Shown piece after piece: positions 28,314 to 38,319 of a stretch of 64,000 nt of DNA (its first letter is position 1; every line of letters starts with the position of its first letter). Under the pieces are notes generated by a model. The model did no database searches. It was not told the origin of the DNA and saw only the letters and a list, made by a program, of their open reading frames with translations. The position numbers were made by a program, and so were the translations under genes. The stretch spans positions 1 to 64,000 of the forward strand of contig JABCTZ010000032.1 of the NCBI GenBank assembly GCA_018238155.1, given 5' to 3'. This DNA comes from Candidatus Heimdallarchaeota archaeon. GTDB taxonomy: Archaea > Asgardarchaeota > Heimdallarchaeia > JABLTI01.

Positions 28314-29693
28314 ATGAAACTCTTTAGTACATCGGGTATTAGACGAAAAGTAACTAATTTATCTCCTGAGTTTATTTCAAAGGTCGGTATGGCAATTTCA
28401 ACAGCAATTTGTAATAATTCTGGTTCTGATATAATTCTTGCTCGAGATGCTCGTTTAACGGGAGCAATGGTTGAACATGCAATTAGCTCTGGAATAATCG
28501 CTGGTGGATGTAATGTAGAACGAAAGGGGATTATGCCAACTCCCGCTCTTGCTTACCATACTCATAAAACAAACGCCTGTGCAGGAATAATGCTTACTGC
28601 ATCACATAATCCTCCTGAATATAATGGTATCAAAGTTTTTGATAAAACCAGCATGGGACTCTCTCCTGAAGATGAAACAAAAATTGAGAAAGCTGTTGCT
28701 GAAAACAAACTAAAACAAGTTAATTGGGAAAATTTCGGCGAAGATAGAGAAGTATTTGGTTCAACTATTTATGAGGAAATGTTGTATGATGCAAGCTCGG
28801 ATATTAATTTCGAGAAGTTTGATACCGTAATCGCTGATCCCGGTGGAGGGGCGGGTTGTGAGTTAGTCGCACATGTATATGAAAAAATAGGGTTAAATTT
28901 GCTAACTATTAATGGTATTTTTGACGGTTATTTTAGTGCCCGACCATCTGAACCTGTGGGAAAAAACCTCACAGCATTGAAATCAAGTGTTCTTCATCAC
29001 AACGAAAAAGCAATAGGACTAGCTTTTGATGGAGACGCAGATAGATGTGTTGCTGTTGATGAAAAGGGTCGTTTTGTACCATTAGATGTGTTAATTTCTC
29101 TTTACGCTCGTTATGTAGTTGAACAAAATTCTGGAAAAGGATTAATCATAACTCATGTTGATGCTTCAATGTTAATAGATAAACTGGTTACAAATGTTGG
29201 CGGAAAAGTAAAACGAACCAAAGTTGGAGATGTTGCAATTGGAAATATGGTTGCAAATGAAAAGGCACTATTTGGTGGGGAGCCATGTGGCGCATGGATT
29301 CATCCAAAATATCATCTTTGTCCTGATGGTCCATTAACTGGATTGAAAATTCTAGAATGGATTTCAGAACGAGGTCCATTAAGCAAATTAGTTGATGAAA
29401 TTAATGATTATCCTGTTAAAAGAGTGAAAGTTCCTTGTGAAAATGAAATCAAACAAGCCCTCTTGACAATTCTTGATAAAAAATTATCTAGTAAAGATAA
29501 TTACAAAACCATTCTCAAAATCGATGGTTTACGAATTAATTTTGAAGATGATAGTTGGGTGCTAATTCGCCCAAGTGGAACAGAGCCCTATTTTAGAGTT
29601 ACTTCTCAAGCTATGTGTGAAAAGGAGTCCCAAGAAAGGCTAGATTTTTATGCAACTCTTGTGAAAAAAGAGATTGATGTATTGATGAAATAG
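28314..29693 (+). CDS. glmM: Phosphoglucosamine mutase / phosphohexomutase
   Basis: TASHNPPEYNG, FDGDADR, GGE, IRPSGTEP; adjacent to a glmU-like gene. Confidence 0.88.
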   Translation: MKLFSTSGIRRKVTNLSPEFISKVGMAISTAICNNSGSDIILARDARLTGAMVEHAISSGIIAGGCNVERKGIMPTPALAYHTHKTNACAGIMLTASHNPPEYNGIKVFDKTSMGLSPEDETKIEKAVAENKLKQVNWENFGEDREVFGSTIYEEMLYDASSDINFEKFDTVIADPGGGAGCELVAHVYEKIGLNLLTINGIFDGYFSARPSEPVGKNLTALKSSVLHHNEKAIGLAFDGDADRCVAVDEKGRFVPLDVLISLYARYVVEQNSGKGLIITHVDASMLIDKLVTNVGGKVKRTKVGDVAIGNMVANEKALFGGEPCGAWIHPKYHLCPDGPLTGLKILEWISERGPLSKLVDEINDYPVKRVKVPCENEIKQALLTILDKKLSSKDNYKTILKIDGLRINFEDDSWVLIRPSGTEPYFRVTSQAMCEKESQERLDFYATLVKKEIDVLMK

Positions 29694-29696
29694 TGA

Positions 29697-31004
29697 TTGA
29701 ATTTACAGTTAAAGGATTTGAAGCATATGGCACAAGAGATAATGGAAGAGAAAGAAATAAAATTGGTTATTTTTGTTTCACAAAAAAATAGAGAACAGTT
29801 ATTTCCATTAAGTGAGAACAATCCACCAGCGTTATTTCAAGTTGCGGGGAAAAAGATCATTGATTGGATATACAAACATGCTAAAAAAATCGGTGTAGAA
29901 GAAATTGCTATTATTGCAACTAAGATTGACACAGCACGATTCAGAGAAGCCTTAAATGATTATTTGCTCCCAAACGAACCCACCAATAAAATTGGTCCAT
30001 TTCATTTCTTTGAGTTGAATTCTAAGAATGGTTTATCACGAGAAATTTCTGCTAATTTAATAGAAGGATTCCTTTCAGAAGAATCTCTTTGGGTTGAAGG
30101 CAATGTGGTTTTCTCCAAGAAATTTTTTGAGAACTTTATGCGAAAAACCCAAGGTACAGAAAAACTAGCTCTTATAAAGGAAGGCAAAGAGGAAGATAAT
30201 AGTGCCAAAGAGTTCATGGGGATTGCTTATTTTGCTAAAAAATATCTTGATAGTAATTTATTAGGTGCCACTTGTGTAGCTGATATTTACCAAAGAGTAA
30301 GTACGAAAATTGCCAGCTTCTTTAATGCCATGCCGTATGAAATCGGAAAAACAGAATTCTGGAAAATTGATTATTTATGGAATTTATTGGATGCAAATCA
30401 AGTATTAATTACTACTATCAAGGAAAAAAATCATGGGACAATTGAAGATGGCGTAACAATTATCGGGAAAGTTTCAATTGAGAAGGGGACAAGAATAAGA
30501 TCTGGAAGTTATCTCGAGGGACCATTGTCAATTGGGAAGGATTGTGATATTGGACCTAATTGTTATCTTAGAAGTGGTGTTTCATTAGATAAAAACATAA
30601 GAATTGGTAATGCTTGTGAAATAAAAAATACCATCGTTTATGCGGGAACACATATTGGTCACCTTTCATATGTTGGTGATTCAATTATTGGTGCAAAATG
30701 TAACTTCGGTGCAGGAACAATTACTGGAAATCTTAGATTAGATAAAGATACTGTGAAAGCACAAATAGGCAAGGATGTTATTTCTACAGGACGGAGAAAG
30801 ATAGGTGTAATAATGGGTGATAATGTGAACACAGCCATTAATACTTATTTTATGCCTGGTATTATTGTTGGAAATAATTCTGCAATTGGAACCGGAGTGA
30901 TTCTTAATAGAAATCTTGAATCGGGTAAATTTGTTTATGTAGACCAACCAACAATTACTCAAGACTGGAAAGTAAAAACAAAGGGGAAAAAGAAGGACAA
31001 GTGA
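29697..31004 (+). CDS. glmU: GlmU-like protein: degenerate nucleotidyltransferase domain plus hexapeptide acetyltransferase domain
   Basis: Left-handed beta-helix IGPNCYLR, HLSYVGDSIIG, NFGAGTITGNLR, TGRRKIG; N-domain lacks GxGxR. Confidence 0.75.
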   Translation: MNLQLKDLKHMAQEIMEEKEIKLVIFVSQKNREQLFPLSENNPPALFQVAGKKIIDWIYKHAKKIGVEEIAIIATKIDTARFREALNDYLLPNEPTNKIGPFHFFELNSKNGLSREISANLIEGFLSEESLWVEGNVVFSKKFFENFMRKTQGTEKLALIKEGKEEDNSAKEFMGIAYFAKKYLDSNLLGATCVADIYQRVSTKIASFFNAMPYEIGKTEFWKIDYLWNLLDANQVLITTIKEKNHGTIEDGVTIIGKVSIEKGTRIRSGSYLEGPLSIGKDCDIGPNCYLRSGVSLDKNIRIGNACEIKNTIVYAGTHIGHLSYVGDSIIGAKCNFGAGTITGNLRLDKDTVKAQIGKDVISTGRRKIGVIMGDNVNTAINTYFMPGIIVGNNSAIGTGVILNRNLESGKFVYVDQPTITQDWKVKTKGKKKDK

Positions 31005-31011
31005 GTATGGT

Positions 31012-32562
31012 ATGAAGAACAAACTTGAAGCAAGAATAGAAGAAATTAATGCCATCAAGAAAGACCTTTCGAGCATTGATCTTAAAATTGCTTTTTGTTA
31101 CCCCAGTACCTATCGAGCTGGAATGGCTTCTCTAGGTTTGCAATTAATTTACCGTCTATGGAATTCATATGAAGGTGTTGCTTGTGAACGAGCATTTCTT
31201 CCAATAAAGAAAACTGTTGAACCTTATACTTTGGAATCTGATCGACCTCTGAGAGAAATGGATGTAGTAGCGTTTACAATGCAATATGAAGATGATTATT
31301 CTAACATTTTAAATATTTTAGAACGAGCAAACATTCCACTCGAGAGTAAAGATAGAGATGAACGCCACCCTTTAATTCTAGCCGGAGGACCCAGTGCACA
31401 ATCAAATCCAGTTCCAATGTCACCATTTATTGATGCTTTTATGATTGGTGATTTAGAACCTGTAAGTGATCAACTGATAAATGAAGGCTTACTAAAAAAT
31501 TATTCTAGAAAAGGTAGACTTGAAACCATCGACAGTTTTCCTTGGATTTGGGTTCCGGCACTTAATAAAGATAAAGAAGTTAGATTTTCTCCAAAAGGAG
31601 ATATAGACGACTATTTCTATCCTATTGAACAAATCATTCCACAAATAGAAATTGATGATCCCTATTATGGCGTTTTTGGCAAATCGTTTTTGTTAGAAGT
31701 TGTTCGAGGATGCAATCGAGGATGTTCTTTCTGTTTAACAAGCAAGATTACTCGTCCAAGAAGAGCACGCTCTCTCTCAAAGTTAATAGAGCTTTATCAG
31801 TTAGGTTCAGAGGCTTGTCAAGTAGATAAAATAATAACTATTGGATCAGGAATATCTGACTATAAACCATTGGTTGATCTTTTACAAAATATGCTATCTG
31901 ATGGTAAAAACTTCTCACTACCATCAATACGTGCTGATAAAATATCATTGGAGTTAGTACAAGCACTAGTGGAATCAAAACAACGAACAATTACTACTGC
32001 GCCTGAAGCTGGGACGGAAAGGTTACGAAATGAAATTTGTAAAGGAGTAACTGATGAAGAGATAATTCAAGCAACAAGTACTGCCTCTGAAGGAGGTCTC
32101 TCGAGAATAAAAGCTTACTTTATTCTTGGCTTACCTGGTGAAACTGAAGATGACATTGATGGAATTATTCGATTAGGAAAGGCAATGGCAAAAGAAGGGA
32201 AGAACATTAGAAAAATAAGATTTTCTTGTGGTTATCTGATACCTAAACCTCGAACACAATATCAAGATGAATCTATCCTATCCTTAAGTGAACTACAAGC
32301 AAAAGGAAAGTATTTGACAAAACAATTTTCAAAAATACCAAAAGTTGATTGCGAAATCTATAGTCCAAAGTGGTCTAGAATTCAAACAATACTATCTGTC
32401 AGTGGAGAAGAGATTTCACAACCTCTGAAACTTGCTGCAAAACTTGGAGGTGGGTTAGGAGATTGGCGTAGAGCTCTAAAAGAATTCGGATTAGACATAA
32501 ACAAATTAGTAGAAGAAAGAGAAAAAACAGAAACCCACCCCTGGGATTTTATTAAAATTTGA
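31012..32562 (+). CDS. B12-binding-domain radical SAM protein
   Basis: YPSTYRAGMASLG, ILAGGP, EVVRGCNRGCSFC, APEAGTERLR, GLPGET. Confidence 0.88.
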   Translation: MKNKLEARIEEINAIKKDLSSIDLKIAFCYPSTYRAGMASLGLQLIYRLWNSYEGVACERAFLPIKKTVEPYTLESDRPLREMDVVAFTMQYEDDYSNILNILERANIPLESKDRDERHPLILAGGPSAQSNPVPMSPFIDAFMIGDLEPVSDQLINEGLLKNYSRKGRLETIDSFPWIWVPALNKDKEVRFSPKGDIDDYFYPIEQIIPQIEIDDPYYGVFGKSFLLEVVRGCNRGCSFCLTSKITRPRRARSLSKLIELYQLGSEACQVDKIITIGSGISDYKPLVDLLQNMLSDGKNFSLPSIRADKISLELVQALVESKQRTITTAPEAGTERLRNEICKGVTDEEIIQATSTASEGGLSRIKAYFILGLPGETEDDIDGIIRLGKAMAKEGKNIRKIRFSCGYLIPKPRTQYQDESILSLSELQAKGKYLTKQFSKIPKVDCEIYSPKWSRIQTILSVSGEEISQPLKLAAKLGGGLGDWRRALKEFGLDINKLVEEREKTETHPWDFIKI

Positions 32563-32594
32563 CAAAATACTACTACTCTGATCCACTCAATATT

Positions 32595-32990
32595 TCAAGA
32601 GTAAAAACCAGGTTGCTTCTTCTCACCAAAGCTCCTCAAACCTTTCAAGTCTAATTGTTTAAGAAGTTTTTCAGAATCTTCTTCGGACAAATCTCCTTTC
32701 TTCTTTAGAAAATCGATTATCTCCTTCGCGTCTTCATTAGTTTCACAACGTCTAATAAAATCAATTACTGTGGGTTTATATCCAACAAATCGAAACGGAT
32801 CTGATAAAGGTTTTTTTTCCTCGATTTCCTCCTCTATTGTTTGTTCAATTTGTTGTGCTTCATCCTCATCTACATATTGAAGAGGAAGCATTTTATTTTT
32901 CTTTACTAGTTCTTTTTTGAGATGGGGAAACTCGTCTATGTCTTTATTCAAACCATTCACCATTACTTTATTATTGTCCTTCAGCGGCAT
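32595..32990 (-). CDS. DUF2095-family protein
   Basis: FPHL, PTVIDFIRRC, EIIDFL, GLRSFG, PGFY; overlaps the ychF 3' end. Confidence 0.75.
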   Translation of the reverse strand: MPLKDNNKVMVNGLNKDIDEFPHLKKELVKKNKMLPLQYVDEDEAQQIEQTIEEEIEEKKPLSDPFRFVGYKPTVIDFIRRCETNEDAKEIIDFLKKKGDLSEEDSEKLLKQLDLKGLRSFGEKKQPGFYS

Positions 32991-34176
32991 TTATTTTGAT
33001 AATATCGCCATCCTGTAATTCATATTTTTCACCCACTCTTCTTTGAGTTTTTACAATAATCGCATTGATAAATGAATTAGCTAAATCTTGGTGGATCATT
33101 CCAGCAAATTCTTTTGCTGTTGTTCCTCGAGGAACAAGGTACACATCTGGTAAAACGTTTCCATTGTGATCAGTGTATTTTTGTTGGTCTTCTACAGGAT
33201 AGACTGATATAACATCCATTATTTCAAAAACAGCTCTATTGATGAGATCTTGAACACCAGTAGAACCATATTTTTGAAGAATATTCGCTCTGAGTTTTTC
33301 AAGAGAAGCATTATCCTTATCAGATAATTTTTCTGGTTTGAGAATTGTGAAATCTTTGTCACCAGGAGTATAGGAAATAATTTCTTTTTCAGCATATTTT
33401 CTTAAGAAATATTCAGCTAGTGCTGAACTTGGTATTATATCTTTACCATATTTTTCTTTAAGACGAGTATAATTCTCATCAGCTCCTTCTATATCAATTT
33501 TATTCGCAGCAAATATCATTGGTTTTGCTTCTTCCCTAAGAATAGTTAGGAAATGTAGTAATTCTTCATCAGACCATTTAGTTGGAATTGCGATATTTAC
33601 TTTTGATTTTGTTAGTGCTTTTCTAATATGAGTTCTTTTTATTTGTAAGCCAGTAAGCTTTTCTGCAAGAAGTTTGTCTATAGGAATTTTTTCAGTTTCA
33701 GAGGTTCGACTAAGTCTCGTCCAATCTTTCTTGAGAACCTGTTCGAGCCACTTGACTATTTCAAAACTAAGAAAATCAATATCTTTTTCTGGATCATAAC
33801 TTCCACGTTCAATGTTATTGCCATCCTCATCTAACGACCCGGAGAAATCAATAACGTGAATTAAAATATCTGCTCTTCGTAAATCATCCAATAATTTGTT
33901 CCCTAAACCTCGTCCTTTCCAAGCATCGGGAACTAATCCCGCAACATCAAGTAACTGAACTGGAACTAATCGTACTCCATCTATACAAATAGAATTTTGT
34001 GGATTATCTTCTACATTCAATTCCTTGCAAACACAAGGTATCCTAACATATCCTGTACCGGGAATTGCTTCGATAGTAGTGAATGGATAATCTCCAATTT
34101 TTGATGAGGTTAAACAAGCTGCGTTTAGAAAAGTGCTTTTGCCACTAGAAGGTTTCCCAACGATTCCAATTAACAT
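32971..34176 (-). CDS. ychF: OBG-family ATPase/GTPase YchF (archaeal type) with TGS domain
   Basis: GKPSSGKST, YPFTTI, DVAGLVP, GRGLGN, NKID, IHQDL. Confidence 0.93.
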   Translation of the reverse strand: MLIGIVGKPSSGKSTFLNAACLTSSKIGDYPFTTIEAIPGTGYVRIPCVCKELNVEDNPQNSICIDGVRLVPVQLLDVAGLVPDAWKGRGLGNKLLDDLRRADILIHVIDFSGSLDEDGNNIERGSYDPEKDIDFLSFEIVKWLEQVLKKDWTRLSRTSETEKIPIDKLLAEKLTGLQIKRTHIRKALTKSKVNIAIPTKWSDEELLHFLTILREEAKPMIFAANKIDIEGADENYTRLKEKYGKDIIPSSALAEYFLRKYAEKEIISYTPGDKDFTILKPEKLSDKDNASLEKLRANILQKYGSTGVQDLINRAVFEIMDVISVYPVEDQQKYTDHNGNVLPDVYLVPRGTTAKEFAGMIHQDLANSFINAIIVKTQRRVGEKYELQDGDIIKINAAEGQ

Positions 34177-34262
34177 TTTAATGGTCTCCAGTTACTGACA
34201 TCTTAATTATTCGGGTTAAAGTTTCCTTTAATCGTTTTTATCATTTCTTAACAAAGTGTGGT

Positions 34263-34868
34263 TTATTCTGCATATAAATCATTAAGGTACTCATTTTGAA
34301 TTTGTACTACTTCTAAACTACTGTTAGCAGCAGCATATGCATCTAACAACTCTTTATTCAAACTTAAGAATGAATGACCCCATTTAAAACCGTCTAATAT
34401 TTTGAAAGCATCATTTTTGAAACCAACGATATAAATAGCTGCAGCAATCGCTTCAACAGTACTTAATTTACAAGGCTTACCATAATTCACAGGGTTTGCT
34501 GCAATAAGGTAGGGTAGTATTCTATTGACGAATTTCCAACGACCTTTCTGTTTCATTTTTCCATCCCTAGTTTCATCCAGTCCAAAAGTTTCCTCTGCAT
34601 GAACCCAAGAACAATCTAAACCAACGAGACCTTTGGCTTGCATAACAGGTAAATCTTCAATAGATAATGCTTTTGGGGCAAAAGGATTCAATAGTACACT
34701 GTTCATGGGAATTTTCCCTACACGATAGACTAAGGTAGCTTTTCCAAATTTATGCATGCGAACTGCTGTACATTTCTTAGGATCATCTTGTTTAGTCTTG
34801 TAAATATATACTGTAATATCACTTTCTAAGAGAAATCCTTTTTTGGATTGTGTTGCCATTACATTCAC
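34263..34868 (-). CDS. tsr3: 16S rRNA aminocarboxypropyltransferase Tsr3
   Basis: QDDPKKCT, DCSW, RILPYLIAANPVNYG, LSTVEA, FKWGHSFL. Confidence 0.93.
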   Translation of the reverse strand: MNVMATQSKKGFLLESDITVYIYKTKQDDPKKCTAVRMHKFGKATLVYRVGKIPMNSVLLNPFAPKALSIEDLPVMQAKGLVGLDCSWVHAEETFGLDETRDGKMKQKGRWKFVNRILPYLIAANPVNYGKPCKLSTVEAIAAAIYIVGFKNDAFKILDGFKWGHSFLSLNKELLDAYAAANSSLEVVQIQNEYLNDLYAE

Positions 34869-35032
34869 ACAACATTTAATTCACTAAGGTACTCTTCGAT
34901 ATAAAGATTTATTACTCAGTTGCTAATCTATTTTACTGTGAAACTACTGGATTAGATAAATATATAATGAAAAGCTAGAAGTTAAAATCTGTGAATATTA
35001 TAAAAAAATCTAAAACTAGGATGATATTAAAC

Positions 35033-35269
35033 ATGGTCAAAGCATATGTATTAATTAATGTTAAAGGTGGAACGGAGTACGAACTTTTTGAAGAATTGAT
35101 GAAAGTGACCGGTTTAGAAGAAATCTCATTAGTTTGGGGATTATTTGATTTAATTCTTAAAATTGAAGCTGATTCTGCAAAAGCACTTGATAGTCTAGTT
35201 ACAGAAGAAATTAGAAAATACAACAACATTTCAAGTACAATGACAATGCTAATTCGTGACGAGGATTAA
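35033..35269 (+). CDS. Stand-alone Lrp/AsnC ligand-binding (RAM) domain protein
   Basis: MVKAYVLINV...VWGLFDLILKIEA...IRK...STMTM; no HTH. Confidence 0.82.
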   Translation: MVKAYVLINVKGGTEYELFEELMKVTGLEEISLVWGLFDLILKIEADSAKALDSLVTEEIRKYNNISSTMTMLIRDED

Positions 35270-35335
35270 TTTTAAGTCTCGTAATTTATAAAGAAATATT
35301 TTTCAATTACATCAAAAAAATTTGTCAAAGGTGAA

Positions 35336-36091
35336 TTAGTATTCACCTGACGCTCGATTTCCACAAACACTACAAAATTCTGTATCAGGATCCAAGAAAG
35401 ATCCACAGTATTCACAAGGAGTTGGAGGTGTGTTTGCTCTTTGGTTTGTAGGTGTGTGATTTCTATCGATATATTCTTCCCTACTTGGACTTTCATTTGG
35501 CATGTAAATAGGACTGTCAAAATCTACGGGTTCATATGTAACTGTTGGAGTTGGTTCAGACTGTGGTCTACCTGGTCTTCTCCTCTGTGATGCGGGAGGA
35601 GGAGTATAATCAAGGCTATCTTCTTTTTTAAAGGGACTAATCAGACCTGCAAGTAATCCAATTACTGTTACTGTTGTTTGAATGACAAGAAAACCATATA
35701 ATGGATTGGGTTGTGTCAAAGTATCAACAGATAATAATGTCTTTTGTATCACTAGGTAATAGATCATTTCCGCGATAAAGAAAAATGAAACTGTAGTGGC
35801 TAATCCTAATCTCGCAGCGTGTTTTTTTCGGAAGAAGAAACTTGCTACGAAAGCAGCAATTACCCAAGGTAAAAATGCAAATAAAATTCTCAAAACCTGA
35901 GGAGCGACAAAAAATATTGTAATTGGTTCTAAAATTGTAGTCTCACATACTTGAAAAATGAGTTCTAAATTCCCTCCGAATAAATCGGAGAAAAAGTTTG
36001 ATACACCCATTGCCTGAAGTAATATATGAATGAAGAGATAGCTTGGTAATGCTATCCCTAGTGATGTTAAAAGACCTTTGAAGTAACCCAA
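35336..36091 (-). CDS. Membrane protein with Pro-rich linker and C-terminal zinc ribbon
   Basis: 4-5 TM, Pro-rich stretch, CEYCG...FCSVCG. Confidence 0.75.
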   Translation of the reverse strand: MGYFKGLLTSLGIALPSYLFIHILLQAMGVSNFFSDLFGGNLELIFQVCETTILEPITIFFVAPQVLRILFAFLPWVIAAFVASFFFRKKHAARLGLATTVSFFFIAEMIYYLVIQKTLLSVDTLTQPNPLYGFLVIQTTVTVIGLLAGLISPFKKEDSLDYTPPPASQRRRPGRPQSEPTPTVTYEPVDFDSPIYMPNESPSREEYIDRNHTPTNQRANTPPTPCEYCGSFLDPDTEFCSVCGNRASGEY

Positions 36092-36283
36092 GTTTTTTTG
36101 CTCCTACTCTTAATTCTAAATTATAGTATTTTATATACAATACTATATATGAGAAAAACTAATTAAAACCTTTGTAAATAGGCAGTTATGAAAAATGAAG
36201 AAAAGTAAAATAAAACCTTATCATCTAAAGATTAAATTAGAACAGAAGAATTACCTTTAAGTAATTTCTACAAGGTAAAATCA

Positions 36284-37213
36284 ATGGCGTATACAAAACA
36301 AGAAATTTTACAGTTATCAGAGCAAGAACTGAATTCCCTGATGAAAGAGGCTAGAGAGAGTAGCTGGCAAACTTTTGGTAAAGTTCTGAAGGTTCATTAT
36401 CTTGGAGAAAAATTCCCATCAATAAGTGTTACTGGAACTTATTGTGCTCAGAATTGCCTTCATTGTAATAAACACTATCTAAAAGCTATGAAAGCTATAA
36501 CTCACTCTGGAAAATTAGTGGGGTTTGCGAAAAAGCTAGCGAGCAAAGGTGGTACTGGGATGTTAATTAGTGGTGGATACGATGAAAAAAGTCAAGTACC
36601 TCTGGATGATTTTCTAAAGTCAATTACTACAATAAAAAAAGAGACAAATTTACAAATAAATATTCATACTGGATTAGTTGAAAAAGAACAAGCAAAAGTG
36701 CTATTTGAAATTGGTGTAGATGTTGTTTCATTTGATTTAATTACCGATACAGAAGTAATAAATGAGGTATTAAAGAATGGGAAAAAAGGGCAAGATTATA
36801 TTAGATCCTATAAATTTCTAGTAGATGCCGGATTAAAAGTTGTACCACACATATGTCTAGGATTATATTATGGTTCAGAGAAAGGCAATTTCGAAGCATT
36901 AGAAGTTGCATTAGAATTTAATCCAGAAATAATTGTTTTCCTTGGATTGATTCCTACAAAAGGAACTGGAATGGCAAAAGCCTCTGTTGTTCAACCTGAA
37001 ATAATGGCTAAAGCAATGACTTATGTGCGAATGAATAATCCTGCTATTGAGCAATCACTAGGATGTATGCGAGTTCGTATCCCACAATACGAGGAAATTG
37101 CTGTTCAATCTGGAATAAACAGAATTGCAATACCTAAAGCTAGAACGCTGGAATATGCAAAAAATAAATTTGGTTTAAAGGTAAAAAGAATTGATTCCTG
37201 TTGTGCTCTTTAG
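36284..37213 (+). CDS. Radical SAM protein (biotin-synthase-like family)
   Basis: CAQNCLHC, LISGG, NIHTG, VVPHI, LGCMR, C-terminal CC. Confidence 0.85.
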   Translation: MAYTKQEILQLSEQELNSLMKEARESSWQTFGKVLKVHYLGEKFPSISVTGTYCAQNCLHCNKHYLKAMKAITHSGKLVGFAKKLASKGGTGMLISGGYDEKSQVPLDDFLKSITTIKKETNLQINIHTGLVEKEQAKVLFEIGVDVVSFDLITDTEVINEVLKNGKKGQDYIRSYKFLVDAGLKVVPHICLGLYYGSEKGNFEALEVALEFNPEIIVFLGLIPTKGTGMAKASVVQPEIMAKAMTYVRMNNPAIEQSLGCMRVRIPQYEEIAVQSGINRIAIPKARTLEYAKNKFGLKVKRIDSCCAL

Positions 37214-37238
37214 CAACAGGTTTAATTTGAAGATTAAT

Positions 37239-38084
37239 TTAGTCCAAGCTTTCAATGGATTTTACAACTTGTTTGAGCTTATAATCTCTTTCGCTTACCA
37301 TGCGTTCTAAAGCCTCAATACGTGCATTCAACTGTTTCCTTGACAGAATTTGTTCCCCATTTTTTTCTTTTAAATGAACAAGTTGATCTTTTGCTTTCGA
37401 AAGAACTTCACGTAATTTTTCTATTTGTTCTTGACGATTATATAATTCAGTAGTCATTTCGCTAATTTGTTGTTGAAAATTCTTACTAATACCCGTTTGA
37501 ACATTCATAGCTTCAATTTCTCTCGATTTACATTGGTCACGTAGATCTTCAACTAATTTCTCTAAAACAGCGGTGCGCCTGTCACGATTTGACAGTTCAC
37601 TTTGTAGGTTTGATTGAGATATTTTGGAATCATCAAAATTCGTTCGGACAGATTCAGCCATCATTTTATAATTTTCAAATTCTTTATCTTTTCTCTCCAG
37701 TTCTTCTTTGAAGCTTTCAGCAACATCCATTTTTATTTTTTCAATCTCTGCATCTTTCTCTAATAGTATTCTTTGCATTTTTGTTTCAAAATCTTGTTTC
37801 AAAACATCAATAATTTCATTTTGATCATTAGAATCTGTTTCCCTCATCTCATGATTAGTAATGAACTTCCGCCATTCTGCAGCTGCAGATAACATATAAT
37901 CCCTTGAAAGTGGATGAACCAAGTTCCAATTCTCTCGAATGATTTGACCAAGAACGCGATGTTCATCATTTACACGTGTTTCATCATAGAGTGGTCTTTC
38001 TTCAATGTTATTTATTGGATTATAATCTGGGTATTCAGTCCAGAGAGTGGTATTTTTCTTTTTAGGAGATTGCCGTCTAAACAA
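37239..38084 (-). CDS. Long coiled-coil protein with a small N-terminal globular domain
   Basis: E/K/Q/L-rich heptads over about 190 aa. Confidence 0.75.
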   Translation of the reverse strand: MFRRQSPKKKNTTLWTEYPDYNPINNIEERPLYDETRVNDEHRVLGQIIRENWNLVHPLSRDYMLSAAAEWRKFITNHEMRETDSNDQNEIIDVLKQDFETKMQRILLEKDAEIEKIKMDVAESFKEELERKDKEFENYKMMAESVRTNFDDSKISQSNLQSELSNRDRRTAVLEKLVEDLRDQCKSREIEAMNVQTGISKNFQQQISEMTTELYNRQEQIEKLREVLSKAKDQLVHLKEKNGEQILSRKQLNARIEALERMVSERDYKLKQVVKSIESLD

Positions 38085-38319
38085 TTTTTACTACTCCGAT
38101 GTACAAACAAATTATTCTCTAAGATAATATATAAGAATAACCGTTTAATAAATCTTACAAAAGAGGACATATAATTTTAATGTTTTCCTTCTACAGAAGT
38201 TTATATTTGATGGCATTTGACATATTGCAAACACTTAATTGAGATAAATCCAATCTTTATTAACTCAATAGAATAATATTTTTGTAAATTCAAAAAAATA
38301 TCTGGAGCCCTGAAGAAAA

